Source: Gammaproteobacteria bacterium (GTDB lineage Bacteria; Pseudomonadota; Gammaproteobacteria; UBA9214). From it: 60,741 bases of DNA. This document shows, piece by piece, positions 27,676 to 36,123 of this stretch. The stretch lies in NCBI GenBank assembly GCA_029860045.1, contig JAOUBY010000005.1, positions 1 to 60,741 on the forward strand, in the 5' to 3' direction. A program made the position numbers and the translations under genes. The notes below the pieces were generated by a model. That model was not told where the DNA came from and ran no database searches. It saw only the letters and a program-made list of their open reading frames with translations. Numbering within the stretch: the first letter of the stretch is position 1; every line of letters starts with the position of its first letter.

Positions 27676-28008
27676 ATGAAGCGTCAATCATTGCTACTGG
27701 TTATTTTGCTGGCAGTTTTTAATCATGGCGTATTCGCCAATGGTGATGATAGCCAGCTGGTGATTATCAAGGATTACAAGTTTGTCCCGCAGGAAGTTAC
27801 CATCAAGCGTGGCCAGACCCTGCGCTGGGAAAATCGTGAAAAACGCCAGTATCACAGCGTCTGGTTCGAGGCGCTGGGCGAAGATGAGCCCGAAGACTAC
27901 CTGTTCCCCGATGATTCCTATGAGCGTGAATTCACGCAAGCGGGTTCTTTTCCCTACCGTTGTGGTCCACACCCTGAAATGACGGGTACGGTACACGTAG
28001 CAGAGTAA
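27676..28008 (+). CDS. Small blue copper protein (amicyanin/plastocyanin-like cupredoxin)
   Basis: Signal peptide. F.P..VTI..G..L.W.N, YHSV, YRCGPHPEMTG type-1 Cu site. Confidence 0.9.
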   Translation: MKRQSLLLVILLAVFNHGVFANGDDSQLVIIKDYKFVPQEVTIKRGQTLRWENREKRQYHSVWFEALGEDEPEDYLFPDDSYEREFTQAGSFPYRCGPHPEMTGTVHVAE

Positions 28009-28011
28009 TTC

Positions 28012-29577
28012 ATGCCATACAAAGAAATTTTGTCAAAAGCTGTATTGTTGGGCCTTGCGCTCGCAATAACATCTGTGACTTTCGCGGATGATGTTGCAAA
28101 ACACTATAAAGACAACTGTGCCGTTTGCCACAACGAACATCGCCTGGGCGGCATAGGACCTGCGCTGCTGCCTGGCAATCTTAAACGTCTGCGCAAAAAA
28201 ACCGCTGTTGATGTCATCTCAAATGGTCGCGCTGCTACCCAGATGCCCGCCTTTGCAGAAAAGCTGTCAGAAACAGACATCAAGGCACTGGTTGAATACA
28301 TTTATACGCCGCCTGAAGAAATGCCTGTCTGGGGTCTGGACAAAATAAGTGCCAGTCACATCATCCACAATCATGAATCCGAACTGCCGAACAAGCCGGT
28401 GTTCAAGGTCGATGATCTGTTGAACATGTTCCTGGTCGTGGAACTCGGCGACCACCACGTCACCCTGCTCGATGGGGACCGTATGGAGCCCATACACAGG
28501 TTCAAATCACGCTTTGCCTTGCACGGAGGCCCAAAATATTCATCATCAGGACGTTTTGTCTATTTCGCCTCGCGTGACGGCTGGATCAGCAAGTACGATA
28601 TTTACAATCTAAAACTGGTAGCCGAGATCCGCGCCGGCATCAACACCCGCAACCTCGCGGTATCTGCTGATGGCCGTTATGTGATGGTGGCAAATTACCT
28701 GCCGCATTCACTGGTACTTCTGGATGCGTCCGACCTGAGACCGATCAAGCTGTACGATGTCAGGGACAGCAATGGAAATACTTCCCGCGTCAGTGCCGTT
28801 TATACAGCACCACCGCGCAACAGTTTTATCGCGGCACTCAAGGACATCCAGGAAGTCTGGGAAATATCATACGATAATGACCCGCCAATCGGTTTCGACG
28901 GCTGGGTGCACGATTACCGCACCGATTCCGGCGAAAACGTCGAACCTGAGCCTTTCCCGGTTCGGAAAATCAAGGTTAATGATTACATCGACGATTTCTT
29001 CTTCGACCAGGAGTACGTATCCCTGATCGGGGCCTCTCGCGAAGGCAAGGGACAAGTGGTCGATATGGATATCGGCAGGGTCATCGTCACAGACCTGGAA
29101 CTGCCGGGTATGCCGCACCTTGGCTCGGGAATAACCTGGGAATACAAGGGTCGGCCTGTACTGGCAACGCCGAACCTGAAAAAAGGCGATGTCAGCGTAA
29201 TCGATATGGAAACATGGAAGGCCATCAAACATATTGAAACCCTTGGCCCCGGCTTTTTCATGCGCAGTCATGAAAACACACCTTACGCCTGGGTCGATGT
29301 ATTCTTTGGCCCCAACAAGGATGCGATGCACGTGATTGACAAGAGTACGCTGGAAATCGTCAAGACGCTGCGCCCCGTACCGGGCAAAACAGCGGCACAC
29401 ATCGAGTTCACCCGTGATGGGAAATATGCCCTGCTCAGCATCTGGGACCCGGACGGCGCCGTGATTGTGTACGACGCGGCAACACTGGAGGAAGTAAAGC
29501 GCATACCGATGAACAAACCGTCGGGCAAATACAATGTATACAACAAGACCCGCTATTCAGCGGGGACAAGCCACTGA
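28012..29577 (+). CDS. nirN: NirN (cytochrome c plus d1-type beta-propeller)
   Basis: CAVCH..RLGG.GPAL, RFALHGGPK, RAGINTRN, GMPHLGSGI, GPGFFMRSHE, KPSGKYNVYNK. Confidence 0.93.
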   Translation: MPYKEILSKAVLLGLALAITSVTFADDVAKHYKDNCAVCHNEHRLGGIGPALLPGNLKRLRKKTAVDVISNGRAATQMPAFAEKLSETDIKALVEYIYTPPEEMPVWGLDKISASHIIHNHESELPNKPVFKVDDLLNMFLVVELGDHHVTLLDGDRMEPIHRFKSRFALHGGPKYSSSGRFVYFASRDGWISKYDIYNLKLVAEIRAGINTRNLAVSADGRYVMVANYLPHSLVLLDASDLRPIKLYDVRDSNGNTSRVSAVYTAPPRNSFIAALKDIQEVWEISYDNDPPIGFDGWVHDYRTDSGENVEPEPFPVRKIKVNDYIDDFFFDQEYVSLIGASREGKGQVVDMDIGRVIVTDLELPGMPHLGSGITWEYKGRPVLATPNLKKGDVSVIDMETWKAIKHIETLGPGFFMRSHENTPYAWVDVFFGPNKDAMHVIDKSTLEIVKTLRPVPGKTAAHIEFTRDGKYALLSIWDPDGAVIVYDAATLEEVKRIPMNKPSGKYNVYNKTRYSAGTSH

Positions 29578-30567
29578 TTATTTAATGTACTGTTCCCTGT
29601 TTTTGTCCGTCAACGCCTTCAGGAAACTTGTAATATCACTCACCTGCTGATCATCGAGGTCTTCGTCCAGTTGCAGCTTTCCCATCTGGCGCACGGCTTC
29701 ATCTAGCGTTTTTATTTTTCCGTCATGGAAATAGGGCGCCGTCAGTGCCACGTTACGAAGTGGTGCCACCTTGAAAACCATGCGGTCACTCTCATCCCTG
29801 GTGAGCGCGTACATTCCAGGGTCAGTCTGGTTTTCGTAGGGGTTTTCCCTGCCAAGCGGTTCATACGCATCGCCACCGAGCAGTACTCCATAGTGACATT
29901 CCTTGCAGTCAACCTTGATAAAGGTTTTCAGGCCCCGTTGTTCTGCCTCGCTTAATGCATCGGCCTCGCCATTCATGAAATCATCGAAACGACCTGGCGT
30001 GATCAGCGTTCGCTCGAAGGCCGCGATGGCCTCTGCAATATTCTGGTAGGTAACGGCCGGCTCATCACCAGGGAATGCCTCGGCGAAAGCATCCCGGTAT
30101 TCTGCAATACTCCGTATCTTCTCTTCCACCGCCTGTTCGTCAGGCATTCCCATTTCGATCGGATTAAGAATCGGCGCCTTGGCCTGCTCGACCAGGTCCT
30201 CGGCACGGCCGTCCCAGAACTGGCTGTCCTGCCAGCCCGCATTCAGTACCGTTGGGCTGTTACGGGTCCCCTGCTCGCCTCTGGCGCCGGGTGAGGCATG
30301 CAGGTTATCGACGCCGGCGAAACCATCCTCGAGACGGTGACAGGATGCACAGGACTGGGTGTCATTGATAGACAGGCGTTTCTCAAAATAGAGCTGCTTG
30401 CCCAGTGCAATACGCTCCGGCTTGTCATTTTCTGAACCCGGCATGGCGCCCGGCAATGGTGAAAAAAAGCGGTTAGCGCGGCGGATCAGCAGGTCGGCAT
30501 CATCAGCGAATACAGTAGTTGCCGCCAGTAACAGGAAGGTTATAACGATCCAGGCTATGTGTTTCAT
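29578..30567 (-). CDS. Diheme cytochrome c peroxidase (CcpA/MauG family)
   Basis: LGKQLYFE.RLS..SCASCH, RNSPTV.N, QFWDGRA, CKECH, FKV..LRNVALTAPYFHDG. Confidence 0.93.
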   Translation of the reverse strand: MKHIAWIVITFLLLAATTVFADDADLLIRRANRFFSPLPGAMPGSENDKPERIALGKQLYFEKRLSINDTQSCASCHRLEDGFAGVDNLHASPGARGEQGTRNSPTVLNAGWQDSQFWDGRAEDLVEQAKAPILNPIEMGMPDEQAVEEKIRSIAEYRDAFAEAFPGDEPAVTYQNIAEAIAAFERTLITPGRFDDFMNGEADALSEAEQRGLKTFIKVDCKECHYGVLLGGDAYEPLGRENPYENQTDPGMYALTRDESDRMVFKVAPLRNVALTAPYFHDGKIKTLDEAVRQMGKLQLDEDLDDQQVSDITSFLKALTDKNREQYIK

Positions 30568-30611
30568 GCTTACTCAGAAGGTGCCCATTCAGGCTGGAAG
30601 CTGCCGGCCGG

Positions 30612-31178
30612 CTACTGCACACCCTTGCTGATCAGGAAGCTGCTGTATTGCTTGTCGGTACCGTTGATATGGTCGATCAGCCAGCTCTTTAAGTAATTGA
30701 AGCCATGGCGCATGGCCAGGTCATGGTCTTCCTCATACTCGGCCAGCACTGCATCGACCTCTCTAATCATCGCATTATGCTGGGCCTTGTGAGCCTCAAA
30801 ATCAGGATAGCCATTCTCCTCCATCAACCCTTCCTCGTAGGAGAAATGTGTCTTGGTATAGTCGACCAGTTCAGCCAGTGCCTCCCGTTCAAATTCCTCA
30901 CCGGTGGAATAATCCACGGCAGTCGCCAGCTGGTTGATCAGATTGATGAGTTTTCTGTGCTGCTGATCGATGGAATCGATGCCAACACTGTACTCATCCC
31001 TCCATTCAATATAGGGTTTTGACGACAGCTTTCTGTAAATAAATGGAATAGCCACCAGGATGGCCACCAGGGCCCAGGTCAGGGGACTGGTGGGTCCGGC
31101 CATGAACCCCAGGATCACTGCTGTGATGAGACTCAGCATGAGCAGCGCAAGCCCGAACATACCCAGATTTTTATTCAT
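30612..31178 (-). CDS. Membrane-anchored bacteriohemerythrin (2 TM helices plus hemerythrin)
   Basis: W..EYSVGI..ID.QH, HFSYEE, H..QH, WL.DHI..TD. Confidence 0.92.
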   Translation of the reverse strand: MNKNLGMFGLALLMLSLITAVILGFMAGPTSPLTWALVAILVAIPFIYRKLSSKPYIEWRDEYSVGIDSIDQQHRKLINLINQLATAVDYSTGEEFEREALAELVDYTKTHFSYEEGLMEENGYPDFEAHKAQHNAMIREVDAVLAEYEEDHDLAMRHGFNYLKSWLIDHINGTDKQYSSFLISKGVQ

Positions 31179-31358
31179 GGAAACACCCTAGCATAATTGT
31201 CGATCTACACAGAGGCCGGCCTCTCCCGTTCGACTGTGGACCTTGCATTAAATAAAACAACTATTGGTAAGAAATTAATCTTTGGTTATAGCAACATCCC
31301 GTTATCATCAGCCCACAACAGGCAACCCGAAATGTACAGGCTTAAGCACCCCCACAAC

Positions 31359-31372
31359 TTGATCTCCATCAA
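31359..31372. promoter_or_regulatory. FNR/DNR box (fits the hemerythrin promoter)
   Basis: Perfect TTGAT-CTCC-ATCAA. Minus-strand TACATT at 31336-31331 sits at class II spacing. Confidence 0.8.
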
Positions 31373-31489
31373 AGCAAATCCCTCCAGAATATCAACCGCA
31401 CAGAATATAGCCCTCAATCCCATGCTGAATGGCGCCTGAATTGAATACCTGGTGTTATTTTCCCCGCTAATTGGGTTAAGATTTCGCTG

Positions 31490-31669
31490 ATGGAAATCCT
31501 GTATTTCACACTTGCGGCCATCTTACTGTATTTCGGAGCCGACTGGATACTCAATCGTGCTGAGAAGGCAGCCGGTAAGCGTTTTGAATACCGCAGCCTG
31601 ATATTTTTTGCCATTCTGCTGGTGATGGCTCTGACCTCCTTTGCGTTGGTCAGACAACTGACCGGCTAG
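31490..31669 (+). CDS. 59-aa two-TM small membrane protein (below the ORF-track cutoff)
   Basis: Manual translation: MEILYFTLAAILLYFGADWILNRAEKAAGKRFEYRSLIFFAILLVMALTSFALVRQLTG*. Confidence 0.7.
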   Translation: MEILYFTLAAILLYFGADWILNRAEKAAGKRFEYRSLIFFAILLVMALTSFALVRQLTG

Positions 31670-31753
31670 CTTTTTTTTCAAATACCCCCTGTGGGTCGAT
31701 CACCAGCCAAATACTTGACCGGAGAGGGCTAAAATAACCAATTACAGGCGTTC

Positions 31754-31767
31754 TTGATCCAGATCAA
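31754..31767 (+). promoter_or_regulatory. FNR/DNR box for the heme-copper (eNOR-like) operon
   Basis: Perfect TTGAT-CCAG-ATCAA. Confidence 0.82.
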
Positions 31768-31862
31768 GGCACCAGACCACCGACAAGGGTTCTCATACGC
31801 AGAGTACAGGCCGCGGCTTACCATCGCGTGCGCAAATATAAACCAAAAGGGAGATGGCCAGT

Positions 31863-32036
31863 ATGTCCGATGCAGAGCACAGCAACCCACCAGACGACGA
31901 AAATGAACGCATACCAGCCATGCAGCAGCTGCTGGACAATCCATTTCTGTTGCTATTCCTCGGAGTTGTCATGCCAACGGTCTTCTACCTGATCTGGGGG
32001 ATCATGGAAATCATCTCCATTCCAATCGCAAAATAA
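31863..32036 (+). CDS. Small single-TM subunit of the heme-copper enzyme
   Basis: MQQLLDNPFLLLFLGVVMPTVFYLIWGI.EI, directly upstream of subunit II. Confidence 0.72.
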   Translation: MSDAEHSNPPDDENERIPAMQQLLDNPFLLLFLGVVMPTVFYLIWGIMEIISIPIAK

Positions 32037-32053
32037 CCAAGGGAAACAAAACC

Positions 32054-32587
32054 ATGGCCATTACTCCTCCTCCCGAGCGTGTCTGGTGGAATATACCGAT
32101 CGCGCGTACCGAGATTACCTGGATTGTTATCGCCTTCGCCTGGGGACTGTTGATGTTCTCGGCAATGATCTACTGGCACATCGAGGGTGAACAAAACCTT
32201 TCCAATGAATCCTATCGCACCACACCGGCCGCCTTTTCAGAAAAGGCTAATGCCATGGTGGAGCAATACCAGGTGCGCGAGGAGGCCGGCATGCCTGTCG
32301 TGCACCCGCCACCCGGCAGCGATGTCTACATGATCGCACGCCTGTGGCAGTGGTGGCCTATCCTGGAATTCGAGAAAGACCAGACCTATCGTCTGCATCT
32401 CTCCTCCATGGACTGGCAACACGGATTCTCACTACAGCCGGTCAACATCAACCTGCAGGTCCATCCCAACTACGACATGGTCGTAACACTGACACCCAAT
32501 GAGTCAGGCGAATTCGGGGTGGTGTGTAACGAATTCTGCGGCATTGGCCACCACAACATGATCGGCAAGATCTACGTTACGGAATAA
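32054..32587 (+). CDS. Heme-copper oxidoreductase subunit II (CuA, B-family-like)
   Basis: One TM helix. D.QHGFS and CNEFCGIGHHNM CuA ligands. Confidence 0.92.
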   Translation: MAITPPPERVWWNIPIARTEITWIVIAFAWGLLMFSAMIYWHIEGEQNLSNESYRTTPAAFSEKANAMVEQYQVREEAGMPVVHPPPGSDVYMIARLWQWWPILEFEKDQTYRLHLSSMDWQHGFSLQPVNINLQVHPNYDMVVTLTPNESGEFGVVCNEFCGIGHHNMIGKIYVTE

Positions 32588-32599
32588 GGGAGACACGAG

Positions 32600-34276
32600 A
32601 TGTCAGACTTCAATCATCGCGTTTGCCCGGCCACCGGGTTACGTATTCACAAGTCCGCTGAAAATCTAATCAAGGCAAATGCCGTTGTAGCCATTGTATT
32701 CCTTGCCGTGGGTGGTTTATTCGGCCTGATGGTCGCACTGACCCGCTGGCCCGGCGTGCACCTGCTGCCGGCCGACTGGTTCTATCTGGTACTCACCGGT
32801 CACGGTCTGGATGTGCTGCTGGTGTGGATTATCTTTTTCGAGATGGCGGTACTGTATTTTGCCTCGGCAATATTGCTCAATTCGCGACTGGCGGGGCCAC
32901 GCTGGGGCTGGGCCGCGTTTGCACTCATGCTGGTCGGCGCCATCATGACAAATGTTGCTGTTTTACAAGGCAATTCCAGTGTCATGTTCACCTCCTACGT
33001 GCCGATGCAGGCCGCGCCACATTTCTACCTGGGGCTGGTGCTGTTCGCGGTCGGTGCCCTGATCGGCTGTTTCGTGTTCTTCGGCACGCTGGTCGTCGCC
33101 AAGCAGGAAAAGACCTACAAGGGCTCGATACCACTGGTCACCTTTGGCGCCATGACCGCAGCCATCATTGCGGTATTTACTATTGCTTCGGGTGCAATCA
33201 TCCTGGTCCCGACCTTCCTGTGGTCGGTAGGCATCATCGGAAATATTGATACCCTGATGTACAAGACCATCTGGTGGGCCATGGGTCATTCCTCCCAGCA
33301 GATCAATGTTGCAGCCCATGTCTCGCTCTGGTATCTGATAGCAGCCGTTGTACTGGGTTCCAAACCGCTGTCCGAAAAAGTCAGCCGCATGGCATTCCTG
33401 ATGTATATCCTGTTCCTGCAACTTGCCAGTGCGCATCACCTGCTGGTTGAGCCGGGCATCAGTTCCTCGTGGAAAATCTTCAACACCAGTTATGCCATGT
33501 ACCTCGCGGTACTCGGCAGCATGATCCATGGCATGTCTATACCGGGTGCAATCGAGTCCGCCCAGCGTGCCCGTGGTTTCACCAACGGCCTGTTCGAGTG
33601 GTTACGCAAGGCACCGTGGGGTAACCCGGCCTTCTCCGGCATGTTCATGTCGCTGGTTATGTTCGGCTTCCTCGGTGGCATCACCGGCGTGGTGTTGGGC
33701 ACCGAACAGATCAACCTGATCATGCACAACACCCTGTATGTCCCGGGTCATTTCCATGCAACCGTGGTAGCCGGCACCACCCTGACCTTCATGGCGGCTA
33801 CCTACCTGATTGTTCCACTGATCTTTCAACGTGAGTTGATCATGAAGGGCCTGGCCAGGTGGCAACCCTACCTGTTCGGTCTCGGAGTGATGGGTATCTC
33901 GGTGTTCATGATGGGTGCCGGTACGCTGGGTGTACCCAGGCGTGTCTGGGACATCACCGGAGCTGACGCCCTGATCAAGTATGACTACTCCGGCGCAGCC
34001 TACCTGATGATGGGCCTGAACGGCATCAGCGCGATTATGGCAGCCCTTGGTGGCCTACTCTTTGTCATCATCATTGTCGGCTCAGTACTGTTTGGCAAAC
34101 GCACCGGTGACAAGCCGCTGGAAGGCATGACCATGACCACCGCCGCCAATTATGGCAGTGATGAACATCCCAAGATTCCAGGGACTGTCGTGCTGGTCGC
34201 GATATTCTTCACGGCCTTTATCCTTTACTACTTCGTCAACTGGAAGTACCTGGCCGAAGTATGGCCACTGCGCTAA
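32600..34276 (+). CDS. Heme-copper oxidoreductase subunit I, eNOR-type nitric oxide reductase (B-family derived)
   Basis: LTGHG, SAHHL and GHFH ligands. Helix VI reads GHSSQQIN, with Gln where O2 reductases have the cross-linked Tyr. Confidence 0.82.
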   Translation: MSDFNHRVCPATGLRIHKSAENLIKANAVVAIVFLAVGGLFGLMVALTRWPGVHLLPADWFYLVLTGHGLDVLLVWIIFFEMAVLYFASAILLNSRLAGPRWGWAAFALMLVGAIMTNVAVLQGNSSVMFTSYVPMQAAPHFYLGLVLFAVGALIGCFVFFGTLVVAKQEKTYKGSIPLVTFGAMTAAIIAVFTIASGAIILVPTFLWSVGIIGNIDTLMYKTIWWAMGHSSQQINVAAHVSLWYLIAAVVLGSKPLSEKVSRMAFLMYILFLQLASAHHLLVEPGISSSWKIFNTSYAMYLAVLGSMIHGMSIPGAIESAQRARGFTNGLFEWLRKAPWGNPAFSGMFMSLVMFGFLGGITGVVLGTEQINLIMHNTLYVPGHFHATVVAGTTLTFMAATYLIVPLIFQRELIMKGLARWQPYLFGLGVMGISVFMMGAGTLGVPRRVWDITGADALIKYDYSGAAYLMMGLNGISAIMAALGGLLFVIIIVGSVLFGKRTGDKPLEGMTMTTAANYGSDEHPKIPGTVVLVAIFFTAFILYYFVNWKYLAEVWPLR

Positions 34277-35163
34277 TCAGCAATGGAAATGGCATCCCGG
34301 TGAAGGAGACCCTGGCACTCGTCTACTCGGTGTTCAAGGTCCGCATCGGGACTGCCATCATGCTGACCGCGCTGGCGGGCATCGCCGTGGCGCCCGGGCC
34401 GGCACCGGAGGCATGGCAGATTGCAGTGCTTGCCCTTGCCGTACTGCTGTCCTCGGCCAGTGCCGGCGCCTTCAACATGTACATGGAACGTGACCTCGAT
34501 GCGCGCATGAACCGTACCCGCAACCGGCCGTTTGTAACCGGCCGGTTTGTGGCAAACGGTTACTGGCTATCCGGGATTGTCCTGTTGCTGGTGGTTGCCA
34601 TCGCGGCGGCGGCACTCGCCACCAACGCCATTGCTGCGTTCTACGTGTTCCTGGGCGCCTTTGTCTATGGCGTGGTGTACACCGTCTGGCTGAAACGGCG
34701 CACCTGGATGAATATTGTCGTTGGCGGGCTGGCCGGCAGCTTTGCCATTCTTGCCGGGGCCGCAGCAGTGGACCCCGGACTGGCGCCGGCGCCCCTGATA
34801 CTGGCAGTCGTACTGTTCCTGTGGACCCCGCCCCACTTCTGGAGCCTGGCCTTCAAGTACAAGGATGACTACGCAGCGGCCGGCGTACCCATGTTACCGG
34901 TTGTGGTGAATGACAAGACAGCTGCGAACATCATCCTTGGTCATACTGTCCTGCTGGTTGCACTGTCACTGGCACCCGTCATGTATGGCATGGGCTGGAT
35001 TTACCTGCTGGGCGCCATTACCGGTGGCGGCTGGTTTGTCCGCACCAGCATTGGCCTGGCACGCAACCCGTCAGCAAAGACCGCGATGACCAATTTTCAT
35101 GCCTCGCTGTTACAACTGAGCCTGCTGCTGGTCGGTGCGATCCTTGATGCGTGGCTGGTCTAG
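34261..35163 (+). CDS. cyoE: Protoheme IX farnesyltransferase (heme O synthase)
   Basis: N...ERDLDARMNRTRNRP, YTVWLKRRT, LWTPPHFWSLA...DDY..AGVPMLPV. Confidence 0.94.
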   Translation: MATALISNGNGIPVKETLALVYSVFKVRIGTAIMLTALAGIAVAPGPAPEAWQIAVLALAVLLSSASAGAFNMYMERDLDARMNRTRNRPFVTGRFVANGYWLSGIVLLLVVAIAAAALATNAIAAFYVFLGAFVYGVVYTVWLKRRTWMNIVVGGLAGSFAILAGAAAVDPGLAPAPLILAVVLFLWTPPHFWSLAFKYKDDYAAAGVPMLPVVVNDKTAANIILGHTVLLVALSLAPVMYGMGWIYLLGAITGGGWFVRTSIGLARNPSAKTAMTNFHASLLQLSLLLVGAILDAWLV

Positions 35164-35292
35164 CATCGTGTCTGCATACACCACTGCGTTACTTTAGTCG
35201 AAACCTAACCAAACACCGGTTTAAGGTAGCATAGTCATGCCAGCATGACATGCCCGCCAGATGATTGTCGAGTCCGATTGCAATACTTACCA

Positions 35293-36123
35293 ATGCGTTC
35301 ATATCAGAAAATATTAAGCCTTGTTCTCACGGTCCTGCTAATAACCGGCGCAGCCTCTGCTGCTGCACAGGAAGCTGCGGCAACTTATGACGAGAAACAG
35401 TCACTCGCGCGCAGCCAGGCCGTGCAGGGCCATACCGTTGGTGATTACACCTTCCTCGATGGCAACGGAAATTCAGTATCGCTGGGCGCGTTGCGTGGCA
35501 AGCCGGTTATCATCAGCCTGATCTACACCAGCTGCTACCATGTCTGCCCGACTGTAACCACCAACCTGGCAAAGGTTATCGGAATCGCACGGGATGCCCT
35601 GGGCAATGACAGCTTCTCGGTGCTGACCATCGGCTTTGACACGGCAGCTGATACGCCGGATCGGATGCGACTGTTCGCCAAACAGAGAAATATTGATCTC
35701 GATAACTGGCATTTTGTCAGCGTAGATACCGACACCCTGCAACGGCTGTCCGATGATGTCGGCTTCAGCTATTTCAGCACCCCCAAGGGTTTTGACCACA
35801 TGATCCAGGCCACCCTGCTTGATGGCGAGGGCAAGGTCTATCGACAGATCTACGGCATGGCCCCGGAACCACCGGCACTGGTCGAGCCGCTCAAGGAACT
35901 GCTGTACGGCAAACAGGTGGCCGCCACACCGATCGAGGGCATGCTGAACAACATCAAGCTGTTCTGTGTCGTGTACGACCCGACCACCGGGATGTACCGT
36001 TTTGACTATTCGATTTTCATCGGCCTGGCCATCGGGCTACTGACGCTGGGTGGCACTGCCTGGTTCATTGTCCGCGCCTGGCGCAGGTCCGCTCCGGGCG
36101 GTCCGGCACGGGGGAACTCATGA
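35293..36123 (+). CDS. SCO1/SenC copper chaperone with C-terminal TM helix
   Basis: Signal peptide. YTSCYHVCP and FDH motifs. Confidence 0.9.
   Translation: MRSYQKILSLVLTVLLITGAASAAAQEAAATYDEKQSLARSQAVQGHTVGDYTFLDGNGNSVSLGALRGKPVIISLIYTSCYHVCPTVTTNLAKVIGIARDALGNDSFSVLTIGFDTAADTPDRMRLFAKQRNIDLDNWHFVSVDTDTLQRLSDDVGFSYFSTPKGFDHMIQATLLDGEGKVYRQIYGMAPEPPALVEPLKELLYGKQVAATPIEGMLNNIKLFCVVYDPTTGMYRFDYSIFIGLAIGLLTLGGTAWFIVRAWRRSAPGGPARGNS

Noticed and set aside
28012-29577. Second nirS copy
   Set aside because: The motifs (RFALHGGPK, MPHLGSGI, GPGFFMRSHE) are NirN-type, not NirS catalytic motifs.
32600-34276. ba3/cbb3 oxygen reductase
   Set aside because: It lacks the HPxVY Tyr of A/B-family O2 reductases and has a CuA subunit rather than CcoO/CcoP. 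The context is denitrification.
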